A stretch of 64,000 bases of DNA from Candidatus Daviesbacteria bacterium (GCA_030699125.1 JAUYKM010000012.1:11159-75158), one strand, 5' to 3'. Counted from the first letter of the stretch, positions 1-9,918 are shown. A program made the numbers and translations. The notes: generated from the sequence alone by a model not told the origin.

Positions 1-924
1 GGCAATCTTGCCACCTAGACTAGCCAATTTAACCGGGTTGTAGTGCCATTCAGCGGTGTAGCGTTGTCCGCAATAACCACAGTAGGCAAATCCCCGTAAC
101 AGAAAATCGTGGACTCTATGACGAATTAGAAAACTACGGTGCTTGGCTAACACATACTGGCAGGTATCGTAGAGCTCTTGGGTAATAATTGGGCGATGAT
201 TACCCATTTTTGACTCTCCGTGCCATCTGATGAGTCCGTAATAAAATGGGTTATTGAGGATATTGCAGATGACACTATGACCTAACCCGGTGCCATTTCT
301 TGAAAGAATATTTTTGTCTGCTAACCAATCCTGAACCTCAATAATAGAGTAACTACCCGTTGCATAGAGTTGAAATAATTCCTTGATAATGGGTGCGGTG
401 TAAGGATCAGGTTCACAAGTTTTTCGTTCTCTATCACCACCTACACTCCGATATCCAACCGGAGGAGGGGTGGGTTGCCAACCTTCCCGAAATTTTTGCA
501 TTAAAGCGTCACGGGTTCGTTGGCTGTTCACTTCACTTTCCCATTGAGCCACACTGGCAAAGATATTCGGCACCAAACTCGTTCCCTCACTCAAATCACC
601 TTCACAAACAGAGAGGAGTTTGATCCCCTTTTGCTTGAACTCACTGTAAAGTTTGGCAAAGTCACTGACATTTCTGGCAAAGCGGTCAATCTTATAGATG
701 ATAATTGCGTCAACTGGATGTTCCTCAAGTTCCTTCAGTAACTCCTGAAAAGCGGGCCTGTCGGTGGTTCGGGCACTTTTCCCATCCTCTTGGAATGTTC
801 GTTTAATATGGTAGGTGTGCATTTGGGCATATTCCATACACGCCCGTTTTTGATTGTCTATGGAGAAACCTTCGTGAGCCTGTTCTTCAGTGGATACTCG
901 GATATATAAATATGCGTTTTTCAT
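1..924 (-). CDS. Large serine recombinase (resolvase/invertase family). N-terminal ~308 aa only; the gene continues past the window start.
   Basis: Reverse-strand ATG at 924..922. Translation MKNAYLYIRVSTEEQAHEGFSIDNQKRACMEYAQ... carries the catalytic Ser in the YIRVSTEEQ resolvase motif. The ORF stays open to position 1. The + strand ORFs at 393..741 are antisense artefacts. Confidence 0.8.
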   Translation of the reverse strand, partial: MKNAYLYIRVSTEEQAHEGFSIDNQKRACMEYAQMHTYHIKRTFQEDGKSARTTDRPAFQELLKELEEHPVDAIIIYKIDRFARNVSDFAKLYSEFKQKGIKLLSVCEGDLSEGTSLVPNIFASVAQWESEVNSQRTRDALMQKFREGWQPTPPPVGYRSVGGDRERKTCEPDPYTAPIIKELFQLYATGSYSIIEVQDWLADKNILSRNGTGLGHSVICNILNNPFYYGLIRWHGESKMGNHRPIITQELYDTCQYVLAKHRSFLIRHRVHDFLLRGFAYCGYCGQRYTAEWHYNPVKLASLGGKIA

Positions 925-1087
925 AGTTATTCTTTCCTTATATTGATATTAAATTAGCCTGTGTGAGTTCTACTATCTTATACATATATTTTATTAGTTT
1001 TTGATTGAAATATCAAGGTAATCCAATCCTTATGGTTACTCTATAAACACTAGTTACTATATAGTCACTATGTGTTCCTATAAGTGA

Positions 1088-1477
1088 TTATGTATTGATT
1101 GCTTTATCTATTTGGTCTAAATCCTCATCTGTGATTTCTTCAGTTGTATTCCGGTTCTTCAACTTGTTTAGTATTTCGGATGAATACACGCCCTCTCTTA
1201 CCTTTTGATCCAATTCCGACAAAAATTGATTGATTACTCGCTCCTGGAGTTTGTGCCATTTGTCTTTATCATCAACAATAAAACACCGAAACCATTTATG
1301 TCCGAAGTCACCTTGACCGGTTGATGGTGGTTGCAACCAAAGATTGCCTTCTTTTGAGAGAGAAACACGGAAATATCTAACTTGAGCATCGTCCCAGATA
1401 AGTGTTGCTTGGGCAAGATAATTGCCACTCATCTTGAGATATATTTTTATATTTGCCTGGTCTAAGATTTCACTCAT
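1088..1477 (-). CDS. Hypothetical protein, 129 aa, island-associated.
   Basis: Clean ORF with no recognisable motif. Its start context ends in ...GAATAACT-ATG-like sequence (see finding). Confidence 0.5.
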   Translation of the reverse strand: MSEILDQANIKIYLKMSGNYLAQATLIWDDAQVRYFRVSLSKEGNLWLQPPSTGQGDFGHKWFRCFIVDDKDKWHKLQERVINQFLSELDQKVREGVYSSEILNKLKNRNTTEEITDEDLDQIDKAINT

Positions 1478-1529
1478 ACTTTATATTTATAGAAATTTTA
1501 TTTGTTATAACTTCTTTAATTTAGGTATA

Positions 1530-1700
1530 CTTGTGGTCACCTTAATGTCACCTATTTGTAATAAATGTAGCCTTGAAAGTTTTTGTCCGTTTTGTGTGGT
1601 CTTATTGTGGTCTAATTGTGTATTAAATAACCTCAAATAACTCAAGTCAGCCTTTCCCGGGTTTGTGTAGTCCAATTGTCGTCTATTTGTAGGTTTATTA
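1530..1700. repeat. Iteron-like cluster of 6 or more direct repeats TTGTG(G/T)NGTC(T/A) at ~10-12 bp spacing.
   Basis: Copies seen at ~1531, 1594, 1606, 1616, 1662 and 1675. AT-rich and non-coding; the two overlapping track ORFs are low-complexity. Confidence 0.45.
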
Positions 1701-1722
1701 GCCTTGATATCGGATTTCATAA

Positions 1723-1959
1723 TCATTGTCTGTAAATAAGCTGTTTTAGGTTTCTTTGGGCTGCAAAATATGAGTTGGGCTCCACACTTCCCCTAGACGA
1801 GAAGAAGTCGTTAGTTAACCTTTCTCTATCAGGGGTATCCTCAAAAACGAAAACCGCTCGTTTCGGATTGTCTTTTTTAACCATTAACAGAAGACAGGAC
1901 TTACTCAGAAGATATGCACACAGAGGGAAATTATCACTTTCAAAAACTTTATTTTTCAT
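1723..1959 (-). CDS. Hypothetical small protein, 78 aa.
   Basis: ORF with start context AAAAAATAACT-ATG. The upstream mini-ORF's TAA stop lies 2 nt before this ATG. Confidence 0.4.
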   Translation of the reverse strand: MKNKVFESDNFPLCAYLLSKSCLLLMVKKDNPKRAVFVFEDTPDRERLTNDFFSSRGSVEPNSYFAAQRNLKQLIYRQ

Positions 1960-1961
1960 AG

Positions 1962-2105
1962 TTATTTTTTCTTGTCAGGTTTGATAAAGCCGTAACTTGG
2001 TTTCTGGTAAATTATCTGGGTGAGGACGAGATTGACCCACTGTTCCGCTGCAGCGTCTATGATCTTAGAGGGATATTTCTGGTTATTCTTCTTATTACTA
2101 TTCAT
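1962..2105 (-). CDS. Possible small ORF (47 aa, MNSNKKNNQKYPSKIIDAAAEQWVNLV...).
   Basis: Not in the ORF track (under 60 aa). Start context GGATAACT-ATG. Its stop TAA overlaps the TAACTATG context of the next gene. Confidence 0.2.
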   Translation of the reverse strand: MNSNKKNNQKYPSKIIDAAAEQWVNLVLTQIIYQKPSYGFIKPDKKK

Positions 2106-2203
2106 AGTTATCCAAAACTGATCTTGTTGGCTTCAGTTTATGGCAACTATGACTAGAGCTCCGCTTCCGAATATGGAGTGAGTTTATTTCACACTACAGG
2201 GGA

Positions 2204-3025
2204 TCAAATGTCAGAGGAGTGCTGTATATCTTTATAGAAATCACTTGCAATTTTCCTGATGTTTGAGTCGTTGAGGTTATATTTTTCTTCATCTTGGTCG
2301 TAATTCTCATCAGTAAGAAAGTCTTTCATTATTTCATCAATAATCTGCGGTGCTTCTTTTCCGAGGGAATGGTGAAGGTAAATAACTAAATCTCTCCTGA
2401 ATAACCACGCCTTTCTGTTACGCCCAGTGGGAAAAGCGGTTAGGAATTGTTGAAGGAAGGAAATTATCTGCCAATTTTTTTCAATATACTCGTGAAGTTG
2501 GTTTTTGGTAGTGTCTTTATATAATCGTATATATGCTCCCTCAGGTAAATCTTCTTTATCTTTATGTAAAGAGATACGAGCTTTGTATTTCGGTTCATCA
2601 ATTGACAGATTGTTTTCCAGAGTAACCAATTCTCCAACAGGTAGGACCTCGCCAAAGTATAAATAGTTCAAGACAAACTCTCCGTATTTATCCGGATTGA
2701 GTTGATATTTTTGGCAAACCTTGGCTATTTGCTTATCCCACGGATCCACCGGGACTTTATCACTATGACCGTTAAACCATTCTTCATATTTGGGATCATC
2801 GTCTCTTGGTGTGGTATAGAAGTCCTCTGGCAATTGATATTTCTGCCTAAGATCTAGCACTGTTTTTCTAAATGAGCTTTCAGTTACTACCCGAATTATG
2901 TTGAAAATGACTTCTTGAAGATCATAAACTGTCTTATCTGGTTGCTTACTAACCCATTCTAGTAACACTACAAGGTCTTTTTTAACCTCAACAGGATATA
3001 TTCTTCTGGTTATATTTATACTCAT
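2204..3025 (-). CDS. Hypothetical protein, 273 aa, island-associated.
   Basis: Long clean ORF. Start context GGAATAACT-ATG. No recognisable catalytic motif. Confidence 0.6.
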   Translation of the reverse strand: MSINITRRIYPVEVKKDLVVLLEWVSKQPDKTVYDLQEVIFNIIRVVTESSFRKTVLDLRQKYQLPEDFYTTPRDDDPKYEEWFNGHSDKVPVDPWDKQIAKVCQKYQLNPDKYGEFVLNYLYFGEVLPVGELVTLENNLSIDEPKYKARISLHKDKEDLPEGAYIRLYKDTTKNQLHEYIEKNWQIISFLQQFLTAFPTGRNRKAWLFRRDLVIYLHHSLGKEAPQIIDEIMKDFLTDENYDQDEEKYNLNDSNIRKIASDFYKDIQHSSDI

Positions 3026-3086
3026 AGTTATTCCAGCTGATACATATTTTACATCTTAGATGTATAATTATGTATAAGTTATCAAG

Positions 3087-3278
3087 ATGACTATGCCAAA
3101 AGGTAAGCGACTATTGAAAATTAAAGAAGCAGCGGAGATGTTGGGGGTTAATCCCGAAACATTAAGGCGCTGGGACAATGACGAAATTCTCAAAGCCGTT
3201 AGGGTTGGTAGTCGGGGTGATAGACGCTATAAGGTTGAAGAAATTGAGAAGAAAATAAAACAAAGAAAGATAGGTTAG
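3087..3278 (+). CDS. Excisionase-family helix-turn-helix DNA-binding protein (Xis/AlpA-like or R-M controller-like).
   Basis: 63 aa. LKIKEAAEMLGVNPETLRRWDNDEILKAVRVGSRGDRRYKVEEI matches the excisionase-type HTH_17 pattern. Confidence 0.6.
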   Translation: MTMPKGKRLLKIKEAAEMLGVNPETLRRWDNDEILKAVRVGSRGDRRYKVEEIEKKIKQRKIG

Positions 3279-3315
3279 GCATCTAATATCGTAGACCTAA
3301 AAAATAACTATAAAT

Positions 3316-6033
3316 ATGGAAAAAATAAGTGAGTGGACAACCAGAAAAAAGATAATTGATGAGAGGCTCAAGGCATCTGGTTGGACAACTATTGTTCCCT
3401 ACAGCGAAGGTATGGATTTAACCAAACTCCATAATGCTGCAGTTGAGGAACTACCTACCGAACACGGTCCGGCTGATTATGTGCTTTTCCTTTTTGGTCA
3501 GCCTATTGCTATTGTTGAAGCAAAAAAATTGAGTCTTGGTCCACAGAATGTGCTTATCCAAGCCCAACGATATGCCAAGGGTCTAAGTCAAGGAATTGGC
3601 GACTTCAATGGCTACAAAGTTCCATTCATTTACTCCACTAATGGTGAGGTTTTCTGGTTTCAGGATCTAAGACCCACCAACAGCCGGTCAAGGCAAGTTA
3701 AGGCTTTCCACACGCCTCAAGGACTGTCGGAAATGGCAATCACCGATATAGCTTCCAAATCTTGGTGGTTTGGGCAAAACCCGATTGATAACGGAAAACT
3801 CCGCTATTATCAGAAAGAAGCCATTTCCTCAATTGAGTCGGCAATCCAAAACAACAAACGGGCAATGCTAGTGGCGATGGCAACCGGAACCGGGAAGACC
3901 TACACTATTGCCTCTCTTATTTACCGAATGCTCAAGTCCGGAACCAGTAAGCGGATATTATTTTTAGTTGACCGAAAGGCATTAGCGGCTCAAGCTGTGA
4001 TGGAGTTTGCGGCTTATGAAGCAGAGAGCGGACTCAAGTTCAATCAAATATATCAAGTGTATAGCCAGAAGTTTCAGAAAAGCTATCTAGAGGACGATGA
4101 TAAGTTTGACTTTACCGCATTACCTAATAGCTACCTAACCAATCCTGACGGTAACCAGGTTTTTGTTTATGTATGCACTATCCAACGAATGCAGATCAAT
4201 CTTTTTGGAAAAGAAGGAATGTTTTCTGAAACCGGAGAGTATGACCCCGAGGATGATGCCGATAAATTAGATATACCCATTCACGCCTTTGACACGATTA
4301 TTGCCGATGAGTGCCATCGTGGATATACCTCGCAAGAAGTAAGCAAGTGGAGAGAAGTATTAGACCACTTTGACGCTATCAAGATCGGTTTAACTGCTAC
4401 ACCAGCGGCTCATACTACCAGTTATTTCAAAGAAATTGTGTATCGGTATCCGTATGAGAAAGCGGTCAAAGATGGCTACTTGGTGGATTATGACGCAGTA
4501 AAAATTGAGTCTGGAATACGACTACAGGGAATTACAATCAAAGCGGGTGAAGAAGTAGAGGAAGTTGATCCCTCAACGGGGGTGCAACAACTTGACCTTT
4601 TGGAAGATGAGAAGCACTACGAAACCACCGAGCTTGAACGAGAAGTGACCTCACCGGATAGCAATCGCAAGATTATTCAAGAGTATGCTAAGTATGCCCT
4701 TGAGCAGGAAAAAGAATTAGGTAGGTTTCCCAAAACGCTTATCTTTGCCGACAATGATTTGCCACACACCTCTCATTCAGACCAGATAGTTGATATGTGC
4801 CGGGACATTTTTGGTCGGGGTGATGCGTTCGTCCAGAAGATAACCGGGTCGCCAACAGTAGATAGACCTCTTAGAAGGATTAAGGAGTTTAGAAACAGAC
4901 CGGAGCCTCTAATTGTGGTGACAGTAGATATGCTATCAACCGGAGTTGATATTCCGGCACTAGAAAACATTATTTTCCTTCGTCCAGTCAGATCAAGGAT
5001 ATTGTTTGAGCAAATGATGGGTCGTGGCACCCGTCTGTGTAAGTCATTTCCCAATGGCATTGGAACCGCACCCAAAACCCACTTTACGGTTTATGACTGC
5101 TTTGCCGGGACGCTCTTGGAGTCATTCAAAAATGAAACGAGTATTACCCAGTCAGCCCCACTCTCTCCTAACCGAACGATAAGGCAAATTATCCAAGAGT
5201 TAAGCGACAGCGTTGATGTGGATTACAACACGCGCTGCTTAGTCAAAAGATTTCAACGAATAAATAAAAACATAACTCAAGAAGGTAGAGATAGATTGGC
5301 AAAGTTTATACCCGATGGTGATTTAGGTCACTTTGCTAGTTCTCTTCCAGACCAGCTAGATAAGGAACGAGTATCAACCCTGAAACTGCTTAACAATGAT
5401 GAGTTGATTGACTTGCTGGAGAATTATCCAAGACCACCTAAGCAGTTTATCCGGGCAATTGAGTCGGAAGATGTAGTGACTTCCGAGTATCTTTTCCGCA
5501 CTACCGATGGTCGTGAACTAAAACCAGATGATTACATTTCCGCTTTTGAAAAGTTTGTCAAAGATAATCCCGAACACATTGAGGCAATCTCTATTATCTT
5601 AGAGAAACCAACCGGCTGGAACACCGAAGCACTCAAGGAATTGAGGGGTTCGCTCAAGACCTCACCGGAAGGATTTACCGAGGATAAATTGCGCAAAGCC
5701 TACAAGTATCCACTTGCCGATATTATTTCTATGATCAAACACGCTGGTAAAGAGGAACCAATCCTTTCGGCTCAAGAACGGGTAGATTTGGCTCTTGAGA
5801 AAGTAACCCAAGGTAAAGTGTTATCAACGCCACAACAAGAGTGGATAGGTCTAATCCGTAAGCACCTGATTGAGAACCTAACCATTGAAACCAGCGACTT
5901 TGACACAATGCCGATCTTCGTAAATAAGGGTGGTAATTTCAACCGTATCAACCAAGACTTTGACAACCAATTGGGGGTATTTATTAGTCAGTTAAATACG
6001 GCTATGCCGCAGGTATACGCTTATGCCAACTAA
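3316..6033 (+). CDS. hsdR: Type I restriction enzyme R subunit (HsdR).
   Basis: 905 aa. N-terminal PD-(D/E)xK nuclease region (ADYVLF...VEAKK). Walker A MATGTGKTYT. DEAH-like box DECHRG. Followed by hsdM and hsdS. Confidence 0.9.
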   Translation: MEKISEWTTRKKIIDERLKASGWTTIVPYSEGMDLTKLHNAAVEELPTEHGPADYVLFLFGQPIAIVEAKKLSLGPQNVLIQAQRYAKGLSQGIGDFNGYKVPFIYSTNGEVFWFQDLRPTNSRSRQVKAFHTPQGLSEMAITDIASKSWWFGQNPIDNGKLRYYQKEAISSIESAIQNNKRAMLVAMATGTGKTYTIASLIYRMLKSGTSKRILFLVDRKALAAQAVMEFAAYEAESGLKFNQIYQVYSQKFQKSYLEDDDKFDFTALPNSYLTNPDGNQVFVYVCTIQRMQINLFGKEGMFSETGEYDPEDDADKLDIPIHAFDTIIADECHRGYTSQEVSKWREVLDHFDAIKIGLTATPAAHTTSYFKEIVYRYPYEKAVKDGYLVDYDAVKIESGIRLQGITIKAGEEVEEVDPSTGVQQLDLLEDEKHYETTELEREVTSPDSNRKIIQEYAKYALEQEKELGRFPKTLIFADNDLPHTSHSDQIVDMCRDIFGRGDAFVQKITGSPTVDRPLRRIKEFRNRPEPLIVVTVDMLSTGVDIPALENIIFLRPVRSRILFEQMMGRGTRLCKSFPNGIGTAPKTHFTVYDCFAGTLLESFKNETSITQSAPLSPNRTIRQIIQELSDSVDVDYNTRCLVKRFQRINKNITQEGRDRLAKFIPDGDLGHFASSLPDQLDKERVSTLKLLNNDELIDLLENYPRPPKQFIRAIESEDVVTSEYLFRTTDGRELKPDDYISAFEKFVKDNPEHIEAISIILEKPTGWNTEALKELRGSLKTSPEGFTEDKLRKAYKYPLADIISMIKHAGKEEPILSAQERVDLALEKVTQGKVLSTPQQEWIGLIRKHLIENLTIETSDFDTMPIFVNKGGNFNRINQDFDNQLGVFISQLNTAMPQVYAYAN

Positions 6034-7459
6034 CACAATTACTAATACGGGAGTTGTAAATAAACTCTGGGGGTTTTGTCATATCCTTCGTCAAGATGGA
6101 ATGGATTATGGCGACTATGTAGAACAACTTACCTTCCTATTATTCCTCAAGATGGCAGAGGAAAAGAAAGTAGTTATTCCCAAAGAATACTCTTGGGCTG
6201 TATTGAAAACCAAGTCCGGCACGGATCTAACTGATTTCTATTCGGATCTGTTAAGGGGTATGGCAAAACAGGAAGGGTTATTAGGAGCTATATTTACTGA
6301 AGCCCTCTCAAAGTTCACCAAGCCAGTCAACCTCAAGAAATTGATTGATCTCATAGATGAAATAGACTGGTCAAGTTTGGGAGTAGATGTCAAAGCAGAA
6401 GCCTATGAAGGACTTCTTGAAAAGTCTGCCTCTGAAGGTAAAAAAGGTGCTGGACAATACTTTACTCCAAGAGTGCTTATCCGATCTATTGTTAGTTGTA
6501 TAAAACCAGACCCCCGGAAAATACCTGATTTCTCCATCTGTGATCCTGCCGCTGGGACTGGTGGATTTTTAGTTGCTGCTTATGATTGGTTTCTCAAGAC
6601 TGTGGGCGAGGCAGTAAATCGTGACGATTTGGAACGAATTAGGAAGAAAACTTACTTTGGCACAGAATTAGTTCCCCGTCCCCGTAGATTAGCTTTAATG
6701 AACCTCTACTTGCACGGAATTGAGTCGGAGATAAGACTTGGTGACTCCTTGTATGAACCGGATCGTGGTGATCGCTATAATGTGATCCTCACCAATCCTC
6801 CGTTTGGAACCAAGGGAGCCAATCAGATACCGGAAAGACAAGACTTTACCGTTGGCACCAGTAACAAGCAGCTAAACTTCGTTCAACAAATCCTGACCAC
6901 CTTGAAACCGGGTGGTAGGGCTGGTGTGGTGCTTCCTGACAATGTTTTATTTGCTGACCAAGCGGGTGAGATTTTCAAGATCCTGATGCAGGATTGTAAT
7001 TTGCATACCATTCTAAGGCTTCCTAGAGGCACATTTACGCCTTACAGCCAAGGAGTTAAGGCTAATGTCATCTTTTTCACCAAAGGTCTTCCGACTGAAA
7101 ATGTCTGGATCTATGATGCCAGAACCAATGTTCCGGGAATAACCAAAAAGGATAGACCGCTTACTCCCAAACATTTCGCTGAGTTTGAAAAATGCTATGG
7201 AGACGATCCAAATGGACTTTCTTCAAGAAAGGAAACAGATAGCAAAGAAGGCAGATGGAAAAAGTTTTCTCTGGAACAAGTTAAGGAAGCCAACTACAAG
7301 CTAGATGGCTTCAAGTGGATCAAGGATGAGGACTTGGACGATCCAGAAAACCTGCCAGAACCGGAAGAATTATTGACTGACGCAATGTCAGAACTCAAAG
7401 AGGCAAATACTGCCCTAGAAAAGATCTATGCAGAGCTCACAAACGGAACTGACAACTAG
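6023..7459 (+). CDS. hsdM: Type I R-M N6-adenine DNA methyltransferase subunit (HsdM).
   Basis: 478 aa. Motif I DPAAGTGGFL and motif IV NPPFG. Overlaps hsdR by 11 nt. Confidence 0.9.
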   Translation: MPTNTITNTGVVNKLWGFCHILRQDGMDYGDYVEQLTFLLFLKMAEEKKVVIPKEYSWAVLKTKSGTDLTDFYSDLLRGMAKQEGLLGAIFTEALSKFTKPVNLKKLIDLIDEIDWSSLGVDVKAEAYEGLLEKSASEGKKGAGQYFTPRVLIRSIVSCIKPDPRKIPDFSICDPAAGTGGFLVAAYDWFLKTVGEAVNRDDLERIRKKTYFGTELVPRPRRLALMNLYLHGIESEIRLGDSLYEPDRGDRYNVILTNPPFGTKGANQIPERQDFTVGTSNKQLNFVQQILTTLKPGGRAGVVLPDNVLFADQAGEIFKILMQDCNLHTILRLPRGTFTPYSQGVKANVIFFTKGLPTENVWIYDARTNVPGITKKDRPLTPKHFAEFEKCYGDDPNGLSSRKETDSKEGRWKKFSLEQVKEANYKLDGFKWIKDEDLDDPENLPEPEELLTDAMSELKEANTALEKIYAELTNGTDN

Positions 7460-8762
7460 AACATTATCAGCTTTATTATCAGATATTGAAGCTGGGACTC
7501 GTCCCCGTGGTGGTGTGAGAGGTATATCCTCAGGTATTCCTAGCTTGGGTGGTGAACACCTAAACTCTCTCGGTGGGTTTGATTTTAGCTCAATAAAATA
7601 TGTGCCTGAAAACTTTGCATTGTCAATGAACAGAGGTAAGGTTAGATTAAATGATATTTTAGTAGTGAAAGATGGTGCGACAACTGGAAAAGTGTCCTTT
7701 GTAAACAGCGACTTTCCTTACAAAGAAGCTGTGATAAATGAGCACATTTTTTTATTAAGAACGAAACCAGATATTCTTCCTAAGTATCTTTTTTGGTTCT
7801 TGTGGAGTTCGTTGGGGCAAAGTGAAATTATTAGCAACTTTCAAGGTTCTGCACAGGGAGGAATAAATAGAACTTTTGTTGATGGAGTTGAAGTTCCAGT
7901 CTGTGATATTGATGAACAAAGAAAAATAGTGGTGAAGGTTGATGAATTATTTCCACAGGTTTCTCAAACATCAGTAAATATCCAAAAAGCAAAACTACTT
8001 ATTCAAAAGTTTCGCCAATCGGTTCTCTCCGCTGCCGTCACTGGGAAATTGACTGAGGGGTGGAGAGAAAAACACCTAAATGAAAACGGCAAGTTAGAGC
8101 TTGAAAAGTTATTTGGGACAATAAACACCGGTAATCTTGAAGATATTCCAGACACTTGGGGTCAAATTAGTTCATCAAGGGTATTTTCGTATGTCACGAG
8201 TGGATCAAGAGGCTGGGCAAGGTATTATTCGGACAAGGGCAATCTATTCTTCAGGGTGGGTAATTTGGAACATAATTCAATAAGCCTAAAACTAGATGAT
8301 GTTAAATATGTTAAGTTGCCAGATAAGACTGAAGGGAGACGCACAAAGTTACAACCAAATGACCTTCTCATATCAATTACAGCTGACATTGGAAGGATCG
8401 CTCTAATATCAAGTGATATTGATGAGGGATATATAAATCAACACATAGCTTTAGCAAGACCGGTAACTTCAATTTATGCACCCTTCCTTGCTTGGTATTT
8501 AGCCACATATCAAGGTGGGTGGAGCCAGTTTGTAGACAAGCAGCGTGGAGCAACAAAAGTTGGATTAGGATTAGATGATATTTCAAGTATTACCATTCCA
8601 TTTCCACCAATTGCAGAACAAAAAGAGATTGTTTCACAAATAGATAGATATTTAGGAATAGCACACCAAGTAGAACTTCAGATTGAAAACACTGAAAGAA
8701 AAGTAAATAAACTCACCCAATCAATCCTAGCTAAGGCATTCCGGGGAGAATTGGTAAACTAG
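7428..8762 (+). CDS. hsdS: Type I R-M specificity subunit (HsdS), two target-recognition domains.
   Basis: 444 aa. Overlaps the hsdM 3' end. Bipartite layout with repeated conserved helices, typical of HsdS. Confidence 0.8.
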   Translation: MQSSQTELTTRTLSALLSDIEAGTRPRGGVRGISSGIPSLGGEHLNSLGGFDFSSIKYVPENFALSMNRGKVRLNDILVVKDGATTGKVSFVNSDFPYKEAVINEHIFLLRTKPDILPKYLFWFLWSSLGQSEIISNFQGSAQGGINRTFVDGVEVPVCDIDEQRKIVVKVDELFPQVSQTSVNIQKAKLLIQKFRQSVLSAAVTGKLTEGWREKHLNENGKLELEKLFGTINTGNLEDIPDTWGQISSSRVFSYVTSGSRGWARYYSDKGNLFFRVGNLEHNSISLKLDDVKYVKLPDKTEGRRTKLQPNDLLISITADIGRIALISSDIDEGYINQHIALARPVTSIYAPFLAWYLATYQGGWSQFVDKQRGATKVGLGLDDISSITIPFPPIAEQKEIVSQIDRYLGIAHQVELQIENTERKVNKLTQSILAKAFRGELVN

Positions 8763-8763
8763 T

Positions 8764-9918
8764 ATGACTGCATTTAGGAATGGTGAATATCGCAAGGTGA
8801 CCGGATATTTGCGACAACATTTGAACACTAGAAATATACAGGGGCTATCTACATCAGGCTCTGTTGATGACGAGTTGTGGATTTTATTGGAGTATTATTC
8901 GGAAGTAGAAGATGTTGGATTGAAGTTTTTACTTGATAACGGTATTAAGAATAAAACCACGAGAAAGACTACCTATAAGCACTTTCAAGCATATGTCAGA
9001 CAAGCAAAGAATTACTATAATTCAGCTAAGGTTTTAGCACCTCGCTCAGCGGGATTGCTGTATTATTATTGTTTCCTTAATTTGGCAAAGGCAGCTTTAG
9101 TGGTAAGAGATCCGTCAATTGGAGGTAAGAAAATCACACACGGTTTGAGCTACAAGATTAATAGCGATCCGCATTTTATTAAACAAAGTGTAAACATCTT
9201 GAATGACGGAGTATTTCCAAAACTCTACGCTTTGTATTTCGGCCAGAGCGTAAAACAGATGAGTCTTACTATTCCAGCATTACTTAACTACTGCACAGAT
9301 ATAGGGTATCAATGTCAAATGGCTGGGATACATCAAACGAAGATAATTTATTCCTATTATGCCCATTGTGTTGATAAAACAAAAAAAACAGGGTGGGGTT
9401 TAGTAGCTATTCCTCAGGCTTCGTTGCTGTTGAAATACCATAAGAGCATAAAAAGTTTTATTGATACTTTTGAAAAAATAGAACTTCCACAATTAAGCTG
9501 CCGTGAATTATTTGACCTTGATGCATTTCAACAAAGCCATTATTCGTTTTTCCAAAGTAGGGAAGAAAAAAAGTGGATTAGCGACAACATACCTTCGGAA
9601 CCCGAGGTGAGAAGTGAAACATTAGCGGCACTGAGTAGAGTATTCCAAACTTACTACTTTGCAAAAGGCGCAGACTTTGCAATTTCTCTTCCTTACCTTC
9701 CCAATAAACAAGTAAGGATGGATGAAACAATTGCCATCTATCTGATAATGTTTTATTTATCAAACTTAGTAAGATATAACCCAAGGTATCTAGAGGGTCT
9801 ATTAAGTAAAAAGGAGTCTTGGCTAATTGATAGTTTCGTAAGATCCTGTTCGGTAACATTTCTTAGAGCATTTATATCTAGGATAATTGGCACAGATTAC
9901 ATAATTGAGGCTAGATAA
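8764..9918 (+). CDS. Unknown 384-aa protein translationally coupled to hsdS. Candidate R-M-linked accessory or defence gene.
   Basis: ATG lies 1 nt after the hsdS stop codon. No catalytic motif recognised, apart from an Rx5H-type motif RKTTYKH near the N-terminus. Confidence 0.6.
   Translation: MTAFRNGEYRKVTGYLRQHLNTRNIQGLSTSGSVDDELWILLEYYSEVEDVGLKFLLDNGIKNKTTRKTTYKHFQAYVRQAKNYYNSAKVLAPRSAGLLYYYCFLNLAKAALVVRDPSIGGKKITHGLSYKINSDPHFIKQSVNILNDGVFPKLYALYFGQSVKQMSLTIPALLNYCTDIGYQCQMAGIHQTKIIYSYYAHCVDKTKKTGWGLVAIPQASLLLKYHKSIKSFIDTFEKIELPQLSCRELFDLDAFQQSHYSFFQSREEKKWISDNIPSEPEVRSETLAALSRVFQTYYFAKGADFAISLPYLPNKQVRMDETIAIYLIMFYLSNLVRYNPRYLEGLLSKKESWLIDSFVRSCSVTFLRAFISRIIGTDYIIEAR

Noticed and set aside
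393-741. Plus-strand ORFs 393..623 and 520..741
   Set aside because: They lie antisense inside the serine recombinase reading frame, whose translation is coherent and motif-bearing. Treated as artefacts.
1422-1726. Overlapping ORFs 1422..1640 (+) and 1505..1726 (-)
   Set aside because: Low-complexity translations over an AT-rich iteron-containing region. Better explained as non-coding.
4773-5966. Minus-strand ORFs inside hsdR (4773..5075, 5772..5966)
   Set aside because: Antisense to a well-supported HsdR frame.
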